Of a DNA stretch of 33,841 bases, positions 9,601-16,497 are shown piece by piece. How positions within the stretch are numbered: the stretch's first letter is position 1; every line of letters starts with the position of its first letter. The translations under genes and the position numbers were made by a program. Under the pieces are notes generated by a model, which did not search any database, had not been told where the DNA came from, and was given only the letters and a program-made list of their open reading frames with translations. This DNA comes from Fibrobacteria bacterium. GTDB taxonomy: Bacteria > Fibrobacterota > Fibrobacteria > UBA11236. The DNA lies in the NCBI GenBank assembly GCA_043732185.1, contig JAYTHY010000060.1:1-33841 (forward strand), read 5' to 3'.

Positions 9601-9956
9601 ACTATGTTTTGCCGGATTTCGTTAAATCTGGATCCACTGATCCAGCCGTGATTACGGGAACAACCAATATGGCACATGAACTGGTCAGGGTGGAAAACAT
9701 GATCGACCTGGGAACCCAAAACGTCACCGTGCGGTACACGGCCAAGCAGTCCTCGAACGGAGAACCGGCTCCTCCACAAGGTGATTTGACACCGTTTGAA
9801 ATAGATTTAACAGACTATGTGAAAAATACAATGCCCAGTGAGGACCATGGCATCTTCGTCGCACTTGAGGGGATACCTGGAGGTCGCATGATTGCGGTCA
9901 TTACCAAGGAATTGGGCACCGGAACCTTGGGACCAAAACTTATCTTATCCTACTGA
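6660..9956 (+). CDS. Surface lipoprotein with nine DUF5011-type Ig-like repeats and a C-terminal DNRLRE/CBM96-like domain
   Basis: Lipobox-like GFWSC. Nine units of DxxPPxLxLxG...DPGATCxDxxDG...GxYxxxYxCxDxAGN...RxV. C-terminal SIFQFDLSQV..QSAKAVF..VFKLKSDWVEG...EIDLTDYVK...PKLILSY. Confidence 0.85.
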   Translation: MKLLTLFLKHYIGFLVLGCGFWSCNLSNDPASSDYYLSLLVNDSISQFDTVQIILLDPKTGDTRELLWDGPLAYPDTLKHLRTHYYRGENTNILIVAVRGDSIQYRRMVEFRGPGVKPRIAFDTTIAILKPVLKDTLPPILLLSGSDSIEIMNDGHFFDPGATCWDAHDGNLDDLIQRNGTWVDSIVGDYKLMYTCKDWIGNQAPSLQRIVYVRLSPDTQPPTLTLSLPDTVKIPVGNTFTEPGSACHDDREGTLQVAVTGHAEHQVPGTYVLTYNCQDSKGNAATKKQRFVVVFIPPDLNPPVLHFTGPDSISLFAGNAFVDPGATCRDEREGDLDSLIIRTGSITDTVPGVYRLDYSCRDHSGNQAFPIQRKVTFKLPPDTVPPVLVLLGQDTLRLVQGSAYIDPGGFCQDNREGALQVAVTGHVELQVPGTYVLTYNCKDSKGNAATEKRRIVVVLVPPDQKAPALLLTGSDSIPLFLGQVFVDPGATCRDGREGDLDSLIVRTGSVMDTVPGVYRFDYSCRDHAGNQAIPVQRKVSIKLPPDTIPPMLALLGQDTLRIAKGSAFIESGGSCKDARDGIIFVTIIGKVNTDSIGSYLLIYTCHDAAGNAAIEMRRVVQVYLPADVDAPVLAMIGADSLSIYLGAIFHDPGATCLDGRDGNMAVETVGVVNSALEGLYSIIYDCKDKAGNSATTKPRKVKVEIPPDTIAPILVLNGRDSVTVFRYGIFVDSGATCEDARDGKLPVISTGTPGMSALGLYAIVYTCTDKAGNGAVMTRTVVVIEPPDVTSPVLALVGSSDLTLFLDSIFIDSGATCNDTHDGVLPVTRTGSVDISRQGEYSLDYACVDAAGNVTRKSRKVVVTKSPELVTVLPAIKELMLDTGSWGTFNNGYTGIFAFGTWGDSPYNSIFQFDLSQVKRSGLQSAKAVFSTFGFISGWDGSEVNVIVHVFKLKSDWVEGTGNWYFSNASYTNGGDEFLSNYVLPDFVKSGSTDPAVITGTTNMAHELVRVENMIDLGTQNVTVRYTAKQSSNGEPAPPQGDLTPFEIDLTDYVKNTMPSEDHGIFVALEGIPGGRMIAVITKELGTGTLGPKLILSY
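7410..8341 (+). repeat. Intragenic tandem duplication with 492-bp period (two Ig domains)
   Basis: 7410-7849 aligns with 7902-8341 at a constant offset of 492. For example, TCGTGGATCC occurs at 7621 and 8113, and CTCGGTCAGGATACCCTGCG is present in both copies. Confidence 0.9.
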
Positions 9957-9966
9957 AGCTTGCGCT

Positions 9967-11706
9967 TCATCCATCGGCAAGATGGCGAAAAAGCGTGCTT
10001 CGACCTATCCCCAGCAATGCTGCAGCCTTATCCTTCTCTCCTAAGCATGCGGCTAGTGCCTTCTGAATATAATCGAGCTGAAAAGACTTAGTGGCATCAT
10101 CCAGCGAAATCCAGTTCGCTTTGGTATCTGGAAAAGACAACTTAACCAAAGGCGAATTTGCAAACAGTACAGACTTATGGACCATATTGATGAGTTCGCG
10201 CACATTCCCAGGCCAAGCATATCGACCAATTGCAAGAAGGGTATCTGGATGGAAACCAATAATATTCTTCTCCTTGTACTGGGATTTCACCTTCTCCAAA
10301 AAATGGAAGGCGAGGATCTGGATATCCTCCCCTCGATCGCGCAAAGCGGGAAGATGGATGGAATGCTGGTTAATCCGATAAAAAAGATCCTGCCTGAAAC
10401 GCCCTTCAGCAACCCTTTCTTCCAAGTTTCGATTTGTGGCACAGATGATGCGCACATCTGTCTGGATCTCAGAAGTCTGCCCCACTGGACGCACCAATCC
10501 CGTCTCTAGGACACGTAGAAGCATAGCCTGCAAGCCCGATTCCAGTTCACCGATTTCATCCAAAAAAAGCGTGCCACCGTGGGCCGCCGTGAAAAGGCCC
10601 TTCTGATCCTGGAGAGCACCGGTAAAGGCACCCTTGCGATGTCCGAAAAGTTCACTAGCCATCAGTTCGCCACGCAACGTGCTACAATTAACCGCTAAAA
10701 AGGGTTTTTCGCGTCTCCTACTCCGCTTATGAACCAATTGGGCGAAAACGTCCTTGCCAGTCCCGGTTTCTCCTTGCAATAGGATTGCAAGGTCGCTGAT
10801 GGCAATGGCTTCAACCTCATCCATCACCTTTTCCATCGCCGAACACATAGCCACCACCCCATCTCGCCCTTTCTCAGGCTGAAGAGATGCAAGCACCTTG
10901 CTTTGCATGGCGATATAGCCGACATGATTGATGAGACACCCGGTAACCATGGAATAGACTTCCAATTCATTAAAGTCCTTGCTCCCAAATGAAACCGAGG
11001 GAGTATTGGAACCGAGGTATATAAGTCCTGAAAGCTCACCTCCTGCAAGAATCGGGCAGCAAAGTACGGATTGGAGCCTAAGATCGGAAATGCTCTTTGA
11101 ATGGGCATAGGCTGGATCAGAGAATGCATTCTGAATGAAAACACCCTTGCGAGTTTGCAGGACTTGGGCAACAATTGTATCACTGAAGAGTCTTTCTGAA
11201 TCACGCTGGCTGAAAGACACAAAGACGTTCGGCTTGCCACCTGGATCCAACGTGAAAAGAAAGGCTTCATTGCCTTTGAATACCTCGATCAATAGACCCA
11301 TAATTTTAGTCACCAAAGTCTGAAGATCCCGCTCGGTTGCAACTAGAGCACAAAGTTTGGTTAAACCCGTCTGCAAGTTCGATTTGAGCTCTACCTTTTC
11401 GCCTTCAGAGTCTTGGAGCTGTTGCAGGTGATCCAAAATCAGTGCGTAGGATCCCAACTCTAAGCGATCACCCGGTTTGAGCACGCCTTCCTCGCAGCGC
11501 TTGCCATTCAATGAAAATTTAACGCGGGTCTGGACCAAAGCAATTTTTAGCCCGCCCTCAGCAAGGAACATCCGCAAGGCCACGGAGGGAATTTCCGGAT
11601 CGGATAATATGATTTCATTTTCTGGTGCGCTCCCCAAAGTCAGGGTAGGTTCTAAAAGTGGAACGATTTCCGAGCCTTTTTCATGGAATATTCTCAGGCA
11701 GTACAT
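9967..11706 (-). CDS. Sigma-54-dependent enhancer-binding protein, FHA-like + GAF + AAA+ + Fis-type HTH
   Basis: GETGTGKD Walker A, ELFGHRKGAFTGA, LFLDEIGEL, RFRQDLFYRI, WPGNVREL and AAALLGIGRSTLFR. N-terminal FHA-like fold (LGS...LNG...LKPGDRLELG) and GAF (SVLCCPI...GLIYL). Confidence 0.93.
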   Translation of the reverse strand: MYCLRIFHEKGSEIVPLLEPTLTLGSAPENEIILSDPEIPSVALRMFLAEGGLKIALVQTRVKFSLNGKRCEEGVLKPGDRLELGSYALILDHLQQLQDSEGEKVELKSNLQTGLTKLCALVATERDLQTLVTKIMGLLIEVFKGNEAFLFTLDPGGKPNVFVSFSQRDSERLFSDTIVAQVLQTRKGVFIQNAFSDPAYAHSKSISDLRLQSVLCCPILAGGELSGLIYLGSNTPSVSFGSKDFNELEVYSMVTGCLINHVGYIAMQSKVLASLQPEKGRDGVVAMCSAMEKVMDEVEAIAISDLAILLQGETGTGKDVFAQLVHKRSRRREKPFLAVNCSTLRGELMASELFGHRKGAFTGALQDQKGLFTAAHGGTLFLDEIGELESGLQAMLLRVLETGLVRPVGQTSEIQTDVRIICATNRNLEERVAEGRFRQDLFYRINQHSIHLPALRDRGEDIQILAFHFLEKVKSQYKEKNIIGFHPDTLLAIGRYAWPGNVRELINMVHKSVLFANSPLVKLSFPDTKANWISLDDATKSFQLDYIQKALAACLGEKDKAAALLGIGRSTLFRHLADG

Positions 11707-11883
11707 ACGGACGTCGCTCCTATGGTTTGAGTGTTTTTGTTAGGAAAATTTGCCGTTTTACTTTTTTCAGATTCTAGTAAGCTTAACTCTATCCTCTGAT
11801 CACGACTATCTTCCGGAAGTATTGTGCATACGCATTCCTAGACTGGGGTTTTCGGCTAAATCGGATTTATTTAAATGCTTGTT

Positions 11884-13032
11884 TTATTCTGGAAGGGCTC
11901 CAATCAAAGCGGCTATCCACAGTCTTTCCGCATCGGCAATGCGATCCCAGTTGAACCCCTTAGCCCATTCCCGTCCGGCCTTTCCCATGGCTTCCCGCTG
12001 TTCAGCATTCAGTATCAATCCTTCCATCGCTATTCGTAGCGCCTTAACGTCACTCACTGGCACCATTACGGCGGTAACATCTGCGCTCACGCTATCCCTA
12101 AAACCCTCCGCGTCGGTTACAAGCACAGCCTTGCCAGACGCATTGGCCTCCAAAGCCGCAATTCCGAATCCTTCAAACCGGGACGGGCTGCAGAAGAATA
12201 AACACGAAGATAAAAGTTCGCGCTTTTCTTCATGGGAAACATTGGGTTTCAGTTGAATTTGATTCCCAAGCCTTACGGGAATCAAGTTGCGCACGGCAGT
12301 CAAGGCTTGCGGTGACGCGGCTCCAGCAAGCACCAGCAGAGGAAAAGGCTTCTTTTGACTGGCGGATTCTTGGGTTGCAAGACCTGCATACGCATCGATC
12401 AGGAAATCCAGTCCTTTCATATAAATGTCAAAGCGACCTAGAAATAAAATAAAAGTTGGGTCAACAGTTTTAGGCATGGACGTCAATAAAGCCGAGTCAA
12501 TGCTGTTCGATGTCACAAAAACATTGGCCGCTGCATTTTTCCGTTGAATCCAATCGGCTACGGATCGATTGGACACTAAAAAATTTCGTAAACCCCGTAA
12601 CATTAGGGTTTCGAGCAGCAAGGGGATACTTCCAAATAGCCCAAATTTCTTGAGTGCATCACGCCCCACCCGGTGGTGGACGACGGCGAAACATTTATTT
12701 CGGCATAACAGGCCGGTGATGATGGGCGCAAAAGGGGAAACGCTGTTTCCAATGACGTCGGCTCTATCGAAAAGCACTCTCAGATTGGCGGTGAGCGCAA
12801 AGCTGAGTCGACACAGCCAATTCGAATTGCCCAAACCCAGGGCCTGCATGCGAATGCCTTCCCTAACTTGTGGAGCAAATCCGGGATACCTACCGACAAA
12901 TAAAGTCACTTCCCATTCCTTGGCCAAACGGCGCAGCACTTCGAAATCGCGCAAGGCGCCACCACCCGCGCACCAGGGGTTTTGCAAACTGTCATAGGAG
13001 TAATAGGAAAGTTTAAGCTGGGAGGGTGTCAT
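11884..13032 (-). CDS. Glycosyltransferase family 4 (GT-B)
   Basis: NPWCAGGG N-terminus, FLGRFDIYMKGLD, and the PSRFEGFGIAALEANASG (EX7E) motif. Confidence 0.9.
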   Translation of the reverse strand: MTPSQLKLSYYSYDSLQNPWCAGGGALRDFEVLRRLAKEWEVTLFVGRYPGFAPQVREGIRMQALGLGNSNWLCRLSFALTANLRVLFDRADVIGNSVSPFAPIITGLLCRNKCFAVVHHRVGRDALKKFGLFGSIPLLLETLMLRGLRNFLVSNRSVADWIQRKNAAANVFVTSNSIDSALLTSMPKTVDPTFILFLGRFDIYMKGLDFLIDAYAGLATQESASQKKPFPLLVLAGAASPQALTAVRNLIPVRLGNQIQLKPNVSHEEKRELLSSCLFFCSPSRFEGFGIAALEANASGKAVLVTDAEGFRDSVSADVTAVMVPVSDVKALRIAMEGLILNAEQREAMGKAGREWAKGFNWDRIADAERLWIAALIGALPE

Positions 13033-13156
13033 AGGAAAATATTTATTTCACACTCTCAAATAAGGGTGGATTAAATGTAATTGGCTGGCTATGAAAATTG
13101 CGGGCCGCTTTTTAAAGAATGCGCGGAAAGGTTTATAAATTTTGATTTAGCTTAAT

Positions 13157-13660
13157 ATGGCACTTTCCATTCAACCTGCAACGGAAATCGACATTCCAAT
13201 CATTCGGGCACTCGCCCATGAAATTTGGCGTGAGTATTATCCAACGGTCATTTCTGGGGAACAAATCGAATACATGCTGGTCATGATGTATGCCCGTGAC
13301 ATACTCATCCAAGAGCTGCGACAGGGAAAGGTTTATGCACTCGCAAGCTGGGGAAATCGGAATGTAGGCTACCTGTCCTATTATCAAGAAAGGCCTGAAC
13401 GGCTTAAACTGTCCAAACTTTATTTGCTTAAGGATTTTCGTGGCCTGGGATTGGGAAAGCAAATGCTGGAGCATGTGATGAATGCCGCAACAGCCTATGC
13501 CGCTGTAGAAGTCAGTCTATGCGTCAACAAAAAGAATGCGCAAGCCATCGCCGCCTATGAAAAATTCGGATTTGTCCAATGTGAAGCTGTGGTAGCGGAC
13601 ATCGGAGGTGGGTTTGTGATGGATGATTGGGTATATCGGTTAATTCGGCACTTGAAATGA
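13157..13660 (+). CDS. GNAT family N-acetyltransferase
   Basis: LSKLYLLKDFRGLGLGK acetyl-CoA motif, VNKKNAQAIAAYEKFGF, and C-terminal DIGGGFVMDD. Confidence 0.9.
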   Translation: MALSIQPATEIDIPIIRALAHEIWREYYPTVISGEQIEYMLVMMYARDILIQELRQGKVYALASWGNRNVGYLSYYQERPERLKLSKLYLLKDFRGLGLGKQMLEHVMNAATAYAAVEVSLCVNKKNAQAIAAYEKFGFVQCEAVVADIGGGFVMDDWVYRLIRHLK

Positions 13661-15520
13661 AACTGGGTTGCCGCTAGGATCTCCACCATTGGCACCCAGT
13701 ACCCCGCCAGTAGTGATTATGCGTACGACATAATAGACGGTAGACCCAAGGTGAACACCGAGCAAGTCGTCCTCCCAGGAGGTGGTGGCAATGGGACCGG
13801 AAGTCGCCGCAACTCGCATAGACTCATCTAGTCGCAGCACTTCATAGGACTGTAGGAGTGGGTAGTTGAGGAGCGCATCCCATTTTAAATACGCTTTTAC
13901 TCCAGATGAAGGCAAAATCTGCAGACTAAAAATTATTGGTGGAGGGGCGGTAGGATTGTACCTGACCGCAACCGGCGGGATGCTGAGGGTATCTCCCGCC
14001 TTCACGGTAATGGATTTTAGCGTGTCCACCAGGAAATAGCCTTCTGGTGGAGTGAAAATAATTAAGTCATAGGTGCCGACTGGGACTCCGACCAATTTGA
14101 ATGGTCCATATGGAGAACCAGAGTCTGCAAAGGTATTGTAAGGTGTGTTGTCTAATGAGGCCTGGATATTTTCATTGCCTTTTTTGGGCGCGCTCACCCC
14201 AATGTTTTGCCGGGAAACAAGGCCCTTCACCGTTCCCGTTGGCCGTAAATCCAGTAACAAATTCATATTTCCATCCACCTTAATAATGCGGTATGCCTTG
14301 GTATTTGAAAGCGCGCTCACGGCTTCCACGCCATAATAATCAGGCGCCAAATGCATGAATGAAACCAAGCCGTCGATTCCGGTGAGTCCGCTGGCCAATT
14401 CAATTACAGGTGCAGGGCGCGAGTTCGGCTGGCTGGATTTTTTTGGAATGGGGAAAATCTTTACTATCGCAGCATTTGCATTCAGGCCTAAAGCCCTTAC
14501 GTTTATTTTTAAGGTGGCGTCGCCGATTGAAATTGTATCTGCTGGAATTAAAGACGCTACGCCTCCACTCCAATCGCTTTTTGTTCCGAGTTTATTAACC
14601 GTTCGGATCCGATATTGGATGGCGTGGCCGGCCACAAAGGGTGAAAAGGCATCTACAAAGACCGTATCAAAAAAGGAAAGTGTATCGGTGAGGCTGATGT
14701 CCAAGCTGTCGATTCGCTGCATTTCATAATGGGATACATTGGAGACGAAAACGGGATTCCAATGGATGCGGATGCCGCCTCCACCACTAACCGAGTCCAC
14801 GCTGGGTACACCCGGAACCGGCGGCGTTACGTACGGGCTCCATGTCAAATCCAGGCGGGGAAGAGTGGTGGTGGTACCCGCTATTACCCGCACAGAGTCC
14901 ACATAGGCCGTCAGGTAATGGCCGTCCAAGGCAGTGAATACCATTCGATATAGCCCAGAACCCAATGGACCGAATTGAAAATTTCCGGAGGTGTCTGTGA
15001 TATACGATTTGTCCGTGTGCATAAGCCGCACTACTATTTTTTCATTATTGAAAATTCCGGCAGGTCGCAAATTGGGGCCGCGCGTTACGGTGCCTTTAAC
15101 CATACCAGGGTTATCCAAAATAAGGGAAACATGCACGGGAGTGGCACTATCTAAAATTTCCGCCTGAGGGAGCCAGGCTATTTTTCCTGATACAGAATCG
15201 AAAGCCTCCAAGGAATAAGTGGAAACGGACAGCTTGGCAAAGGAAAAACTGCCGTCGCTACACGTGGTGGTTTGGGAAACCACGGATGCCATACCGGATG
15301 AATCCGCGCCGACGCGTTGTATCAGCTTCACAACCGCACCATTAACCGAGTTTCCGGATGCGTTTAAAATCTTTCCCTTAATGCCGGTAGGATTTCCCGT
15401 TTCCGTGCATGGGCCAGTTAATGGTTGATTTTCGGTGACAGGTCCACAACCACATAAATACAACCCGGCCAGCATCCCTACCGCTGTATGCCTGGACCAC
15501 TTGAAGAATAAACCCATCAT
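13640..15520 (-). CDS. Lipoprotein with carboxypeptidase-regulatory-like beta-sandwich domains and FN3-like domains, internally duplicated
   Basis: Lipobox LCGC followed by TETGN. Repeated GxVxG...T(D)xxGxFxF..L..GxY units and W...YE..R...Y.(I/V)R FN3-like units. ATGA overlap with the upstream TIGR02147 gene. Confidence 0.75.
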   Translation of the reverse strand: MMGLFFKWSRHTAVGMLAGLYLCGCGPVTENQPLTGPCTETGNPTGIKGKILNASGNSVNGAVVKLIQRVGADSSGMASVVSQTTTCSDGSFSFAKLSVSTYSLEAFDSVSGKIAWLPQAEILDSATPVHVSLILDNPGMVKGTVTRGPNLRPAGIFNNEKIVVRLMHTDKSYITDTSGNFQFGPLGSGLYRMVFTALDGHYLTAYVDSVRVIAGTTTTLPRLDLTWSPYVTPPVPGVPSVDSVSGGGGIRIHWNPVFVSNVSHYEMQRIDSLDISLTDTLSFFDTVFVDAFSPFVAGHAIQYRIRTVNKLGTKSDWSGGVASLIPADTISIGDATLKINVRALGLNANAAIVKIFPIPKKSSQPNSRPAPVIELASGLTGIDGLVSFMHLAPDYYGVEAVSALSNTKAYRIIKVDGNMNLLLDLRPTGTVKGLVSRQNIGVSAPKKGNENIQASLDNTPYNTFADSGSPYGPFKLVGVPVGTYDLIIFTPPEGYFLVDTLKSITVKAGDTLSIPPVAVRYNPTAPPPIIFSLQILPSSGVKAYLKWDALLNYPLLQSYEVLRLDESMRVAATSGPIATTSWEDDLLGVHLGSTVYYVVRIITTGGVLGANGGDPSGNPVSFQVPN

Positions 15521-16353
15521 ACGCGCCCTCGATTGTGACTGAAAGGAAAAAGATGCAAATTCAACTGGTAAATCATGTCCTCGCCGGAATCGTTCATGGC
15601 AATTGCCATAATTCGCTTTCGGAAAGCCTGGATCTCGGCTTTTATCCGCTTGAACCCGTCTTGAGAAACACCCATGGTCAATCCGCTGATATCCCTTGCA
15701 GCCGCTGGATGCTTGTCTATGGATCGTTTTGCCAAATCCATGGCTGTCTTATGAAATCCAGCCACGGACAAGGCGGCCACTTCGTCACCGGTAGTTAAGG
15801 CCAGGTCACCGACAGAATACGTGCCCTTCGGCGTCTTGTTCAATAGACCCAAACCAATCAGCAATTCTATCGAATCCTTAACTTGCTTTGCGCTTATAAC
15901 CGGATCCAATAGCAAGCCGACCCGCTCCAGATCCGCCGCCTCGGATGTATTCAACAACGGGAGCAAAGAACGCAAGGCAATGTGATGCCACGATGAAAGA
16001 TAGGCGAACTGGGCTTGGCGCAGGCGTTGATGCTTTCCATACTTTTGGATTTCCGTCAGGCGGGCAAATATCTTTTCCTTTTCCAAAGTCGTTTCAGCCT
16101 GATTGAAAAGAACTAAAGCATGAAAGTACTCCGCCTGTTTTTCTGAAAATCGGAAATACTTAGACAACTTATCCGCACTGTCATGCGACAGATTTCGCTG
16201 TCCATTCATGACGCGCAGCAAATAATCACGCGCCTTGAATCCGGCTCGTTCAGCCAACATGCGATAAGAAAAAGCAGGGCTGGCCGCCTTTTTTTCTTGG
16301 AAATACTCCCGCAAATACTGGCGGAAATCGGTATAGGAAAAAATGGATTCCAT
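15517..16353 (-). CDS. TIGR02147 family protein (DUF4423 domain, predicted HTH/winged-helix DNA-binding)
   Basis: 278 aa. IFSYTDFRQYLREYF..KK...FSYRMLAERAGF, YLSSWHH, FHK..MDLAKRSI...RDISGLT and YQLNLHLFP are the signature of this Fibrobacter paralogous family. Confidence 0.92.
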   Translation of the reverse strand: MESIFSYTDFRQYLREYFQEKKAASPAFSYRMLAERAGFKARDYLLRVMNGQRNLSHDSADKLSKYFRFSEKQAEYFHALVLFNQAETTLEKEKIFARLTEIQKYGKHQRLRQAQFAYLSSWHHIALRSLLPLLNTSEAADLERVGLLLDPVISAKQVKDSIELLIGLGLLNKTPKGTYSVGDLALTTGDEVAALSVAGFHKTAMDLAKRSIDKHPAAARDISGLTMGVSQDGFKRIKAEIQAFRKRIMAIAMNDSGEDMIYQLNLHLFPFSHNRGRV

Positions 16354-16398
16354 GGCTGCGGTATAAACAATACCAAGATGTGGAGCTAGGTTGCGCCA

Positions 16399-16468
16399 AA
16401 TATGCAGTATTTTGTGGTTTTCTTGACAACGCCGTTGTCTGTGGACAACAGCAAAACGCGTCGTCCAC
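16399..16468 (-). promoter_or_regulatory. Putative promoter/operator of the TIGR02147 operon with two adjacent inverted repeats
   Basis: GACAAC-GCC-GTTGTC (16425-16439) and GTGGACAAC-N10-GTCGTCCAC (16441-16468). Minus-strand TTGTCA...TGCATATT motif is shared with 2342-2371. Confidence 0.45.
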
Positions 16469-16497
16469 CTGAACCTGAAGGCTATCGAAGCTTTATT

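Noticed and set aside
11750..12256. 168-aa plus-strand ORF
   Set aside because: Antisense shadow of the GT4 gene, with no motif.
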